Shown here: one piece after another, positions 8,905 through 19,045 of the stretch
Numbering within the stretch: position 1 is the stretch's first letter
Layout: every line of letters begins with the position of its first letter
NCBI GenBank assembly: GCA_014240385.1
Contig: JAAZXA010000064.1
Location: 28,632-92,631 of the forward strand
Length of the DNA stretch: 64,000 nucleotides
Direction of reading: 5' to 3'
Origin: Methanobacteriota archaeon
GTDB taxonomy: Archaea; Thermoplasmatota; Poseidoniia; Poseidoniales; Poseidoniaceae
Position numbers and translations under genes: made by a program
The notes under the pieces: generated by a model
What the model saw: only the letters and a program-made list of their open reading frames with translations
Told to the model about the DNA's origin: nothing
Database searches by the model: none

Positions 8905-10974
8905 TTAACAGGGTACCTGCAGGTCTGTCACAGATAAATTGACCGATACTCCAACCGATTTCATTAGGAACACAATACTGACTGCTGAGGTATGGTCTAC
9001 GAGATTTAATTTTGCAGACAGATTCTCAATGCCCTGCAAATTCTTGAAGGGGTCATCGTTTTCAGGAATATTATCGTCTGAATCTCCTTTAATATGTCCT
9101 TCAATTAGGAGCATACCAATTTGACCTGCCTCGAATTCCGAACTATATTGTTTCATTTTCTTAACAGCTGGTTCATCTTCAGGAGCCATTCCCAAAAGGT
9201 CGATATTTTCCTCAACATTATCCATTCCCCATGTCCCAGATAACCCGATAAGAAGTATGAAGACCGCGAGGACGGGGATATTCCATTTTAATGGAATATC
9301 GACCGCTGCATCAAAAACGGGTAACGGCGGATGCTTGGCTTTCTTTAGGTCCAACAAAATGGTCAGGTTGGGAACCATTATCATAGTCAGGAAGTAAACT
9401 ACGATAATTCCGCCACTCAGAGCCCATCCTACTGTGGCAATCGGAGCCATAGGCGTAAAGGTTAGTGAAATGAACCCAATAACAGTAGTTACTGCAGATA
9501 GGAAAACAGCTTTTCCCGTTGAAGCAAAGGCGATTCTCATTTTTTCATATGGGTCGCCGCTTTCTTCGGCATAACGATTGGTAATATGCAACCCATAGGA
9601 TACTCCTAATGCCAATAAAATAGGTCCAACAATAATAACCGTCATCGTCACCTCATAGCCCAGCCAACCGATAATCCCCAAAGTCCAGAATACTGAACAA
9701 AGAGTTGGAAGTCCAGCGATAATGATGACTTTAATTCCTTGAACTGCACGTATACTTCCTGTTTGAAGCAAATCAGAATGGAATACAAAAAGACCCAGAG
9801 CAACTAGAACAACAGCGATAGGGAATATTTTCCAGAATAATTTGAAGGAGAATTCTGTGACTGCATTAGTAATTGGAACTGGGCCAGTTAATGACATTTC
9901 CAATCCGCGTGCCGCCCAAGTACAAGTCTCCCCTCCTGGTTCATCAGGGTCGCATGGCCTTTCCTCTGAGGATAACTCATTCATTACTTGTCGGTAGTAA
10001 TTAACCAAGGCATTTGTTTCTTTACTTTCATTGACTGCAACGATGATTACGGCTCTGTCGAGATTTCCATCACCGTCGGTATCTCTTGCAAGTTTATCTA
10101 GGCCAGGAGTTGGTTCACATTTTTCAACTCCATCTTCATCATAGCAATCATACATCTGATCGATAATTTGGCTAATTCTATCCTGACTTGGAATGCTATA
10201 CTCCCCAAGTAACCATTCCCAATCATTCACTTGTTCAGATAGTTGACCTGCTACATCTCTGGTTAAACAATCATCATTATTATTACAACCAAGTTCACCT
10301 GCTTCTTCTATGAAGGCTTTGGTAACTCTTGGTGCACTGGAATTAACTTCCTTTACTACAGTTGACAGTGAGAGGATGTAATCCACGTCATCAGAAGGAT
10401 CCGATTGAAGGTAATTCAATTTCTTTTCGAGCCGGTCTATTTCGAGAAGGATTCCACGGTCTGTGATATTACTAGATGAACCATTCAATTCGACGTAGAT
10501 AATCAAAACATTAGTTGACCAATCCTTTTGCACTTCAGCGATAGCATCTGCAACGGGGTCTCCTTCTGGCAAGTAGACATCAAGGCTGCCATTTACGTTG
10601 AGACTTGGTTCCTTTTTGATTTGCCAGGGTCGAGGATTAGCATCATCAATATCCATGAATCCGCTATGATAAACAAAGAATAATGTCCCGAATAGAAAGA
10701 TGGCGATAGTTAAGGCTGGAAACTTGGTTATGACACCAGAGGGTCCGGCTCTTTTGTATTCCTTTTTCAAGGCATTTGGAGCATCTATTACCAGTTTACT
10801 TGCTGATTTAGGATTGAAATTTTTCACCTTTGTAGCCATTCTTGAGCCAAACTTACCGGCTTTATGTATTCCATGTTCAACTAGGTTTGAAAGCCTGTCT
10901 TTAGCTTTGGATGAAGACTTCCCATCAGCCTTTGGTGAACTTCCTTCTACCCCCTTCGACATGGTCATCCCCAT
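8905..10974 (-). CDS. RND/MMPL (HAE3-like) exporter, N-terminal half
   Basis: TM1, a soluble loop of about 290 aa, then a TM bundle with LALGVSYGLHITNRYAEE. A second soluble loop begins and the ORF ends at a TAA at 8905..8907. Confidence 0.8.
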   Translation of the reverse strand: MGMTMSKGVEGSSPKADGKSSSKAKDRLSNLVEHGIHKAGKFGSRMATKVKNFNPKSASKLVIDAPNALKKEYKRAGPSGVITKFPALTIAIFLFGTLFFVYHSGFMDIDDANPRPWQIKKEPSLNVNGSLDVYLPEGDPVADAIAEVQKDWSTNVLIIYVELNGSSSNITDRGILLEIDRLEKKLNYLQSDPSDDVDYILSLSTVVKEVNSSAPRVTKAFIEEAGELGCNNNDDCLTRDVAGQLSEQVNDWEWLLGEYSIPSQDRISQIIDQMYDCYDEDGVEKCEPTPGLDKLARDTDGDGNLDRAVIIVAVNESKETNALVNYYRQVMNELSSEERPCDPDEPGGETCTWAARGLEMSLTGPVPITNAVTEFSFKLFWKIFPIAVVLVALGLFVFHSDLLQTGSIRAVQGIKVIIIAGLPTLCSVFWTLGIIGWLGYEVTMTVIIVGPILLALGVSYGLHITNRYAEESGDPYEKMRIAFASTGKAVFLSAVTTVIGFISLTFTPMAPIATVGWALSGGIIVVYFLTMIMVPNLTILLDLKKAKHPPLPVFDAAVDIPLKWNIPVLAVFILLIGLSGTWGMDNVEENIDLLGMAPEDEPAVKKMKQYSSEFEAGQIGMLLIEGHIKGDSDDNIPENDDPFKNLQGIENLSAKLNLVDHTSAVSIVFLMKSVGVSVNLSVTDLQVPC

Positions 10975-11134
10975 ACCGGCGTTGGCAAGGCCGATTTAAC
11001 ACATAGTGAAGACACGTTCCCAAATCAAGCATATCTGATAACTCCTTGACATTGCGGCGGGTTCATAGGTAATTGGTTGGAGCCGGCCATGGACGTAAGG
11101 CGTTGACTGTCTTATCGGCCTTGGAGTGAGATGG

Positions 11135-13606
11135 ATGGCAAAGCCCCGCCTGCCTGAGAAGAGATGGACCGTAGACCTTGAAAAGAGAATCCAAGAAGAG
11201 CACTATTCTGACTCCGGATATGACCTCCGGTATGGATTCAATCCTGATTCAGGCAAAGAAATCTTCGTTATCGATACACCCCCCCCATACCCCTCTGGGA
11301 CATGGCATATTGGAGCAGTTGCACAATATTCAATGATTGATGTTATCGCAAGGAGTCAAAGGCTATTAGGCAAGGAAGTGTTTTTCCCTTGGGGAGTGGA
11401 TAGAAACGGTATCAATATTGAATTTACTGTTGAAAAGAAACACGGTAAGAAGATGAGAACTTATGATAGAGGTGATTTCATTGATAAATGTAGAGAGACA
11501 ATTGAGGAATTTACTCAAGCAATGCGAGATACTGCAGCAAGAGTGGGCCTTTCTTGTGACTTTTCAAAGGAATATTTGACGGATTCACCCGAATACCGAG
11601 CAGTAACTCAATCAATATTTACTAAATTATTCAAGATGGGAGAAATTATCGAAGATTTACGACCTAATATCTATGACCCAGTTGAAAAGACCACTATTGC
11701 AGATGCTGAAGTTGAGCGCATTAACCGTATGAGTAAGTTGGTGGATGTAAAATGGCAAACTGAAGATGGCGAAGAAATCATCATTTCAACCACTAGACCT
11801 GAATTGATTTGTGCTTGCGGCATTGTAGTAGTTCATCCTGATGATGACCGTTATTCTCATCTTGTCGGTAAGAAAATCATTCTTCCAGCAGAAGTTGAAG
11901 GCAGAGAAAATTTCGTTTCCATTGCAACACACCCTTCGGTGAAATCCGAGTTTGGAAGTGGGGTTTTGATGGTTTGTTCTTTTGGCGACCAAAACGACGT
12001 TGCAGTTTTCCGTGAACTTGGTTTGAAGCCATTTCAGGCTATTGACCTCGATGGATGCATGACTTCAATTTCAGGTCCTTTGACCGGAATGAAAGTAAAG
12101 GATGCTCGCGAATCGATTATTGAAAGTCTTGAACAAAAAGGACTCATTTACCAAATTCAAGAAAAGGAACAAGAAGTTCCAGTTAGTGAGAGAGGTAAAA
12201 ATCCAGTTGAAACAATATTACTCAAGGAATGGTATGTGCGGCAAACCCATATTCAGGAAAGGATGGAAGAGCACATCGAGGAGATAAATTTCATACCTCC
12301 TAGAAACAAACAATTTCTCCTAGATTGGATGCAGAATATCAGCATTGATTGGCCCATCAGCAGAAGGCGTTGGTATCATACTGAAATCCCAATTTGGTAT
12401 TCTGAAGATGATAGAAAAATCATTGTTGCACCTTCTGGAACTTATGTGCAACCATGGAGAGAAGAACCTCCTTCTAGTTCGGAAGTACTAGATAGAGAGA
12501 GTAGAGAACTGCTTGGAACTTGGGAGGAGTTGAAGGATGAGTTAGGGGAGGTAGTTGGTGAGTCTAAGGTATTTGATACATGGATGGATTCATCTAATTC
12601 CAACCTCTTCGTCAGTGGCTATCTAAATCAACCTGAAGTATTCGCTAAGGCATTCCCGACTGGTTTGAGACCACAAGGAAAAGAAATCGTTCGAACTTGG
12701 CTTTACTATACTCTGCTGAAGAGCACCTTATTACTCGATAAACCTGGCTTTTCGAATGTCTGGATTGATGGACTTGGAATGGACCCTTGGGGTCGTAAGA
12801 TGAGTAAATCCCTTGGAAATGGAATTGATGCTGATACAGTTTTAGAATGCGGCGCAGGTGGGCGAACTGGAAGTTGGAAAATTAAGGGTACAGATGGAAA
12901 GCAAGTACAATTAAAGGCCAATAAAATTGGTAGTGAATGTTTTCGCCTTTGGAAAGCGTGTGACGCTCAAGTTGGTGATGACTTCCACATCAATCCTGAA
13001 GAGATCGAATCCAAGTATTTTGGAGTCCTGACTAAATTATTCAATGTGGCACGGTTTGCGAGTCAATTCGAAGTCCCTGATGATTTGGACAGCGCCCCAA
13101 GCGAACTCAATATTGAGGATAGATGGATACTCTCAGAGTTTTCAACGTGTATGTCTCAGGTCCAAGAAAACTGGTCTGCATTGGATATTTACAGTGCAAC
13201 TCAGGCACTGAAAAATTTCGGCACTGGAATCCTACCTAGTCATTGGTTGGAAATGGCCAAGACGCGTCTGTATGATGGCGACCAATCTGCTGCTTGGACA
13301 ATTCATAGAATCGTTCGGGACTTTATGGCCGTCTTCTCTCCTATATGTCCATTTTTCAGCCACCATATTACCTCAACTCTGTACGGTGGTAGTGCAGTAG
13401 ACGTTAGGGAATTTCCTACAACTCCAATAGTATGTGATGCGGACTTATGTGCATTGAGCAATTCAATTCAAGAGTTTAACAGTACAACTTGGAAACACAA
13501 AAAGGATGTAGGCCTATCATTAAATGCGCCGATTGGAGGAGTCTCAATCCCTGTGGATTTAGTTGACTTCACCGAAGTATTAACCGCCATGCATAAACTT
13601 GAGTGA
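11135..13606 (+). CDS. valS: Valyl-tRNA synthetase (class Ia)
   Basis: IDTPPPYPSGTWHIGAV...IDVIARSQRLLGKEVFFPWGVDRNGINIE matches the archaeal ValRS N-terminal layout. Also has WPISRRRWYHTEIPIW and KMSKSLGN. ATG at 11135 is preceded by GGAGTGAG; the track start at 11126 is GTG. Confidence 0.8.
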   Translation: MAKPRLPEKRWTVDLEKRIQEEHYSDSGYDLRYGFNPDSGKEIFVIDTPPPYPSGTWHIGAVAQYSMIDVIARSQRLLGKEVFFPWGVDRNGINIEFTVEKKHGKKMRTYDRGDFIDKCRETIEEFTQAMRDTAARVGLSCDFSKEYLTDSPEYRAVTQSIFTKLFKMGEIIEDLRPNIYDPVEKTTIADAEVERINRMSKLVDVKWQTEDGEEIIISTTRPELICACGIVVVHPDDDRYSHLVGKKIILPAEVEGRENFVSIATHPSVKSEFGSGVLMVCSFGDQNDVAVFRELGLKPFQAIDLDGCMTSISGPLTGMKVKDARESIIESLEQKGLIYQIQEKEQEVPVSERGKNPVETILLKEWYVRQTHIQERMEEHIEEINFIPPRNKQFLLDWMQNISIDWPISRRRWYHTEIPIWYSEDDRKIIVAPSGTYVQPWREEPPSSSEVLDRESRELLGTWEELKDELGEVVGESKVFDTWMDSSNSNLFVSGYLNQPEVFAKAFPTGLRPQGKEIVRTWLYYTLLKSTLLLDKPGFSNVWIDGLGMDPWGRKMSKSLGNGIDADTVLECGAGGRTGSWKIKGTDGKQVQLKANKIGSECFRLWKACDAQVGDDFHINPEEIESKYFGVLTKLFNVARFASQFEVPDDLDSAPSELNIEDRWILSEFSTCMSQVQENWSALDIYSATQALKNFGTGILPSHWLEMAKTRLYDGDQSAAWTIHRIVRDFMAVFSPICPFFSHHITSTLYGGSAVDVREFPTTPIVCDADLCALSNSIQEFNSTTWKHKKDVGLSLNAPIGGVSIPVDLVDFTEVLTAMHKLE

Positions 13607-13607
13607 A

Positions 13608-14714
13608 TCATTCTTCTTCGTTAAAAAGAACAGTCTGTTTAGTCACAGGCATATCTAGTTGACCAACCCGAAAACCAACCAAACGAACTGCCCTTTGTAG
13701 TTCACAATTTTCTGCAAATAAGCGGTGTGCAAGCCTGCGAAACACCGATATTTCATCCATGGCAACAGGAATTGAACGATGAACGGTATGGGTTTCAAAG
13801 CCCTTGTAGCGAATTTTCACTTCCACCAACCGAGCACTTATTTGCATTTTTTTCATTCGTTCAAAGACTCCATCGATTAACATATCAAGTCTTTTTAAAA
13901 TAAGTTCCATATCAGTAGTATCTTTGGAAAATGTATGTTCTTTACCAATTGATTTCCGGCTTCGTAATGGGCTAACTTCATTGGAAGTCTTTCCTTCTAC
14001 AACTCTGATCATCCACTTTGCACTTCTCTCTGAAATGGCTCTCCCAAGTGCCAATTCCCCCATCGAATAGGCCTCATCCATTGTTTCAACACCACATTCA
14101 GCCAATCGAGTTGCCGATGCCGGACCAATCCCCGGCACGGCGCGACAGGCTCTTTGTGTGAAAAATTCCATCACCTGTTCAGGCCTTGTTATGTGTATGC
14201 CTGCGGGCTTATTTTCTTCGCTTCCCATTTTTGCAACGATACGTGTTGGACCAATACCAAAACTTGAACCAAGTTGTAACTTTTCCTTAATTTCTGATTG
14301 CAACTGTCGTGCTAATGCCAATGCTTTGTCCCAATCTGCTTCGACATAATCTGTCACATCCAAATAGGCCTCATCTATACTCGCTTGTTCAAATTTGTCA
14401 GCATATTTCGCTAATATTTCCATGACTTTGCGACTTGCCCGACGATATAGCCCACGCGTACTTCTCATGTATAATCCCACTCCATGCGGCGTTCCAGGGC
14501 ATCTTCTCCATGCTTCCGAAATAGGCATCGCTGAATGTATTCCATATTTGCGTGCAGCATAATTGCAAGTTGAGACAATTCCTCGCCCGCGCCCACCTTG
14601 AGGGTCTGAGCCTAGAATTAACGGCACTTCAGGGTCAAGAGCATGGTGAAGAGTTTCTACTGCAGCGAAAAAAGCATCCATATCACAATGGACGATGATT
14701 CGCTCTTCATCCAC
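13608..14714 (-). CDS. dinB: Y-family DNA polymerase IV (Dpo4/DinB)
   Basis: Motifs IIVHCDMDAFFAAVE and SIDEAYLDVT, plus a little-finger C-terminal region. Confidence 0.9.
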   Translation of the reverse strand: MDEERIIVHCDMDAFFAAVETLHHALDPEVPLILGSDPQGGRGRGIVSTCNYAARKYGIHSAMPISEAWRRCPGTPHGVGLYMRSTRGLYRRASRKVMEILAKYADKFEQASIDEAYLDVTDYVEADWDKALALARQLQSEIKEKLQLGSSFGIGPTRIVAKMGSEENKPAGIHITRPEQVMEFFTQRACRAVPGIGPASATRLAECGVETMDEAYSMGELALGRAISERSAKWMIRVVEGKTSNEVSPLRSRKSIGKEHTFSKDTTDMELILKRLDMLIDGVFERMKKMQISARLVEVKIRYKGFETHTVHRSIPVAMDEISVFRRLAHRLFAENCELQRAVRLVGFRVGQLDMPVTKQTVLFNEEE

Positions 14715-14726
14715 AATATCACCTAT

Positions 14727-15389
14727 TCAATCAAACCAAATACTGATTTCATCAAGCGGTTTTCTTTGCAAATCTGGGACTTTTGCGTCTTCAACAGGAT
14801 ATCCCACAGGCATCAACAACATCGCAGTTTCATGTTCTGGACGCTGTAGGATTTGGCGTAAGAATCCCATCGGGGAAGGAGTATGAGTCAGCGTACATAA
14901 ACCCATTTTGTGAATCGCCGAGATGAACATTCCAGCCGCTATTCCTACAGATTCTGTAGCGTAGTAGGTTGGGCCCCACTGCCCATTATCGCGCAACCTT
15001 TTATTTTGTTTGAATATAATAACCAACCATGGTGCAGTGGTAATGTGTTCCTTGATATGGTCTGTGCCCAAGGGCTTCAATATTTCAGCCCAAGCTTCTG
15101 GCATTCTGTCTTGGTAGGTTTTCAGTTCTTCTTCTTCAGCCGCAGTTCTTATTTTTTGTTTCAACTCTTGATTCGATACGACTACGAAAGTCCATGGTTG
15201 TAAATGAGCACCGCTTGGAGCAGTGCTAGCAGTTTTAATCGCCAGTTCCAATAATTGCTTTGGAACTTCTTTATCGCTGAATTGACGAGTAGTTCTGCGC
15301 CCCTTCATTTCACTATAAGTGTCCTTAGCTATTAGCAGCATTTCTTCCACTTCCCTTTCCTTGAATTGCAATGGGATGAATCCGTCCAT
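14727..15389 (-). CDS. Nitroreductase-family flavoprotein (iodotyrosine-dehalogenase-like subgroup)
   Basis: Contains RRTTRQFSDKEVPKQLLELAIKTASTAPSGAHLQPWTFVVV. Size is 220 aa. Confidence 0.75.
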   Translation of the reverse strand: MDGFIPLQFKEREVEEMLLIAKDTYSEMKGRRTTRQFSDKEVPKQLLELAIKTASTAPSGAHLQPWTFVVVSNQELKQKIRTAAEEEELKTYQDRMPEAWAEILKPLGTDHIKEHITTAPWLVIIFKQNKRLRDNGQWGPTYYATESVGIAAGMFISAIHKMGLCTLTHTPSPMGFLRQILQRPEHETAMLLMPVGYPVEDAKVPDLQRKPLDEISIWFD

Positions 15390-15418
15390 ACAACTAACAG
15401 AGGCTTCGCATATAGGAC

Positions 15419-15506
15419 ACTTTCACTTTCAGGATTACTCACATTTGTTCTTTGCCAGCCGAGGGCTACCTTTGTTTCGCAAGGGGGGTGCATTGAAAGT
15501 GAAAGT
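15419..15506. repeat. Perfect 13-bp inverted repeat (ACTTTCACTTTCA ... TGAAAGTGAAAGT) with a 62-nt spacer, in a divergent intergenic region
   Basis: Read directly: left arm 15419..15431, right arm 15494..15506. Each arm is itself a tandem ACTTTC hexamer. Confidence 0.8.
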
Positions 15507-15535
15507 ATTCATCAACTCAGCCATGATGGCAAATC

Positions 15536-16165
15536 ATGGTTGCGAAGCGAAGTGATTCAACAAAGGAACATTGGCAATCTGTATATTCATCAAAATCAGC
15601 CCAAGAAGTAGGTTGGTTTCAGGCACATCATGAGGTTAGTATGGAATTTATTAACAATTCAAAAATAGTCAAAGATGCAAGAATCTTGGATGTGGGAAGT
15701 GGAGCCACTACTTTGCTTGACGACTTGTTGAAAGAAGGCTACAGCAATATTGTAGCGATGGATATCAGTGCTTCAGCTTTGGCAGTCAGCAAGCAAAGGT
15801 TGGCAGACTTAATCGTATGGGAGGTAGCAGATATCACCCATCCTTTGGAAATTGAAGAAAACTCTATTGATTTATGGCATGACCGAGCAGTGCTACATTT
15901 CTTCACTTCAAAAATAGAAAAACAAGGTTATTTAGATAACCTAAAGATGGTTGTGAGAGGGGGCGGTTTCGTCATCATCGAAACATTCTCACCAGAAGGT
16001 GCATCACAATGTTCAGGCTTAGACTTGGAACAATATGATGAGGAAATGCTAGAGCAATTTTTGGGTTTAGAATTTGAATTGATTCAGTTCAAGAGGCATG
16101 TGCATTCTACTCCCTCAGGGGGAGAGAGGCCTTATGTTTCGACACTTTTCAAGCGACGCGAGTAG
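15536..16165 (+). CDS. Class I SAM-dependent methyltransferase
   Basis: Motif I ILDVGSGATTLLDDLL followed by the acidic residue of motif II in VAMDIS. Size is 209 aa. Confidence 0.75.
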   Translation: MVAKRSDSTKEHWQSVYSSKSAQEVGWFQAHHEVSMEFINNSKIVKDARILDVGSGATTLLDDLLKEGYSNIVAMDISASALAVSKQRLADLIVWEVADITHPLEIEENSIDLWHDRAVLHFFTSKIEKQGYLDNLKMVVRGGGFVIIETFSPEGASQCSGLDLEQYDEEMLEQFLGLEFELIQFKRHVHSTPSGGERPYVSTLFKRRE

Positions 16166-17117
16166 CGACATCCTCACCATTCAGCGCAGCATTAACGGCA
16201 TCGGCGATATCCATTCCCACCCTGATTTGAGCTTCCAAAGTTGCAGCACCGATATGAGGTGTACCATGGAACCCGGGATGTTGCAATAGTGGGTTTTCAG
16301 GTTTAACAGGCTCAACCTCAAAGACATCGAGAGCAAGAGTTGTCAATTCACCGGACTCCAAGGCAGCCAATGCTGCCTCTTCATCTACAATACCTCCACG
16401 GGCACAATTAACCACATGGTTTCCACAAGCAATACCATCCTTACCTGATTGAGGCATCAATGCTAACCTTTGTGCATTGACTAAATGATGTGTTTCTTCG
16501 GTTAGGTTGCAATGGATGGTGACATGAGTGCACATTCTGAATAAGTTATCTACATCATCATGCATATGGGCTCCAAGTTGCTCTGCAATTTGCTTTGGCA
16601 AATATGGGTCATAGGCATGAATTTCCATTCCAAAAGCCTTAGCCATCATTGCAACCCCTTGGGCGATTCTTCCAAACCCCACGAATCCAAGTGCTTTCCC
16701 CGAAATCTCACTACCCCTCATCAATTTCTTTTCCCACAAACCCGCTTTCAGACCTTGGTTAGAAATGGCTAGTTTTCTTGTCGAGGCCAAGAGGTGGGCA
16801 ATAGTCAGTTCAACTACACTTTTGGTTGATGCACGAGGCGCATTGACAACGATAATTCCAGCCTCAATTGCCGCATTTAGGTCAATATTATCTACTCCAA
16901 CACCTGCTCTACCAATAACCTTCAAACCTTTACTCGCTTTGATCACTTCTTCTGTTAATTTGGTTGCAGACCTGACGATAATTGCATCAAATCCTTGTAA
17001 GGCACCGTACGATAGCATCTCCTTTTCAATAAATCCTTCAACTACTTCATTCCCCAGTGATTGGAGATGATTTACTGCACGACTTGCCATTCCATCGACC
17101 ACTGCAATACGTGCCAT
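16149..17117 (-). CDS. D-isomer-specific 2-hydroxyacid dehydrogenase, short D-3-phosphoglycerate dehydrogenase type
   Basis: NAD fold GFVGFGRIAQGVAMMAKAFGMEIHAYDPY, catalytic region NCARGGIVDE and HIGAAT. No ACT domain. The likely start is MARIAVVDG at 17117; the track ORF starts at 17156. Confidence 0.75.
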   Translation of the reverse strand: MARIAVVDGMASRAVNHLQSLGNEVVEGFIEKEMLSYGALQGFDAIIVRSATKLTEEVIKASKGLKVIGRAGVGVDNIDLNAAIEAGIIVVNAPRASTKSVVELTIAHLLASTRKLAISNQGLKAGLWEKKLMRGSEISGKALGFVGFGRIAQGVAMMAKAFGMEIHAYDPYLPKQIAEQLGAHMHDDVDNLFRMCTHVTIHCNLTEETHHLVNAQRLALMPQSGKDGIACGNHVVNCARGGIVDEEAALAALESGELTTLALDVFEVEPVKPENPLLQHPGFHGTPHIGAATLEAQIRVGMDIADAVNAALNGEDVATRVA

Positions 17118-17190
17118 ATTTCGTTGGCTTCCGATAATGTCAATGAACCTTGCCATTGTCCAATAGCCTCATCAAATACCTGCATTACGG

Positions 17191-18351
17191 ATGGACATGC
17201 AGGAACTTGACCTCGAGGCCCTGCTTTGGTCAATTGCAATATTGGCACTTCCTTTATTAATGGCTATTCCAGCTCGGTTAGTATGGCATATGTATGTTGG
17301 TAAGACTCTTGACCAGCAAGAATACAGGGCTCATGTTAGGGCAATTCTAGATAGCGGTCAATCATTGGAAAGGCACCGTGAAAAACTGGATGATGAGGCA
17401 AGACAACGGAATATTAGTATTGAACGTGTTAGATTAATCGAAACAGATGTTCTCTTTCCCCTCGGACTTCACCATTTTATTTTACTTCCAGCATTGATTA
17501 TTTTACCGGTTGCAGTATTACTTGCTTCACCATTATTCTTGCTTGTTTTACCTTTAATGGCCTTTACAGAATGGGTATTAATTGACAGGAAAGTTTTGGT
17601 ATCTTCTTTGAAATATCTCCAAGATTGGACAAAATGGGGGATTATCCACATACCACAAGTGCACAGGGACCATGACAAACTGCGTCAAGATTTAGTCTCA
17701 TTTCACCGCATGCCACGCTCGGTATTCTTGGGGCTATTTGCTTGGTTAATCGTTCACTGGAGTTTTAGAAGTGATTTTTGGTTGGAATTTTTAATAGCAG
17801 GTGTTATTTATCTCGTGATGTTGTCCGTATTGGAAGTAATCTCCAATGCTATCGCTGCTGAATTAGTTTTTGCAGATGCCTCAAGAACTAGTCTAATGCA
17901 AGTTGAGGCTTGGGCTGAATCATACATTAATCCACTTGTCGGAGTTGGGTTGCTATTCCTTTTGGGGAGAGATTTGATGGCAGAAGCCAGAGGTGGAAAT
18001 TCTATACTTTTCGCGTTGACAGTGTTATTGGTTTTGTTTTCAGTTACCGTTGTAGGGATGGCAGTGGAAATTGGCTATGCTCAAAGACGTGGTAAGAAAG
18101 TGAGAGAAACTTTTGCTCAACAGGTCGTTGATGTCCTTGATCCAGTATCATACTCATTCAATCGTCACGAAGACCGATTATTATTGCATGTGGAATGTTC
18201 GATGCAAGACAGATTGTTGGGCAAAGCTATAATCAAAGAGCGTGATGCTGTTACATTTGGAATGATCGATAATCTACCAAGTCGCCTAGAAGTGGAAGAC
18301 TCTCTAATGCCGGCTCGTCCAGATATTTCATTCTTCAATCCAGAGGAGTGA
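17191..18351 (+). CDS. Polytopic membrane protein of unknown function (386 aa)
   Basis: Several long hydrophobic helices and a soluble C-terminal region of about 90 aa. No recognised motif. Confidence 0.55.
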   Translation: MDMQELDLEALLWSIAILALPLLMAIPARLVWHMYVGKTLDQQEYRAHVRAILDSGQSLERHREKLDDEARQRNISIERVRLIETDVLFPLGLHHFILLPALIILPVAVLLASPLFLLVLPLMAFTEWVLIDRKVLVSSLKYLQDWTKWGIIHIPQVHRDHDKLRQDLVSFHRMPRSVFLGLFAWLIVHWSFRSDFWLEFLIAGVIYLVMLSVLEVISNAIAAELVFADASRTSLMQVEAWAESYINPLVGVGLLFLLGRDLMAEARGGNSILFALTVLLVLFSVTVVGMAVEIGYAQRRGKKVRETFAQQVVDVLDPVSYSFNRHEDRLLLHVECSMQDRLLGKAIIKERDAVTFGMIDNLPSRLEVEDSLMPARPDISFFNPEE

Positions 18352-19045
18352 TGATTGCCAAACCATGGTTATTTGCGGTACTGGTGACTCCATTTACTCC
18401 AACTTCTAAATCATCCCCCATCACCAGAATTAACTGTTTTCCTTTCTTTCCTCGACTCTGCATCCTTGCTAGTATTTCTTGCCCAAGATAACATCCCTTT
18501 GTCTCGCTAACAAGGTGGCTCAATCCGATATTATAAGGAGTGAACTTTGCTGTTAATTCAGCAGGTCCAGGTCTCAATGCCTTGATTCTTTTTTCTTCTA
18601 AGCAACTCTCAATAAGCCCTTCTGTAAATTCGGAAATTGATTTTTGTTTTGATAATACTGTTAATGTAAACGGGCCATCTGATACTATAGTGGCGCCATC
18701 TTTTACTGTCCAATTTTCATTACCATGTTCTTCATTTTGACGGATAAATTGGTTTAGTGGGCTTGAATCAGTTATCTCTACTGAATCAAGGCTTGAGCGT
18801 TGCATAAGGTGAGTTAGCAGTCTCGAATGATTAGACTGGTGGCCGATAATGAAAGCCACCTCTTCCATTTGACCGATTATTGCTAGGTCAATTATCCTGG
18901 CATTAATATCTGTAAAAATGGTTTCAATAGTTTGTCCTACTTCTAAGGAATCAACTTTGTTAGTTGATAGGTTGTTGAGAAATGATAATCTATTCTTGCC
19001 TCGGATAATCAGCAGGGTGCGTTCTTCAAAACTGAAGTCATTCAT
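18335..19045 (-). CDS. YgfZ/IBA57-like folate-binding protein (GcvT-related)
   Basis: Signature KGCYLGQEILARMQSRG near the C-terminus. The ATG at 19045 overlaps the TGA of the upstream iscA gene (ATGA). Confidence 0.7.
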   Translation of the reverse strand: MNDFSFEERTLLIIRGKNRLSFLNNLSTNKVDSLEVGQTIETIFTDINARIIDLAIIGQMEEVAFIIGHQSNHSRLLTHLMQRSSLDSVEITDSSPLNQFIRQNEEHGNENWTVKDGATIVSDGPFTLTVLSKQKSISEFTEGLIESCLEEKRIKALRPGPAELTAKFTPYNIGLSHLVSETKGCYLGQEILARMQSRGKKGKQLILVMGDDLEVGVNGVTSTANNHGLAIITPLD

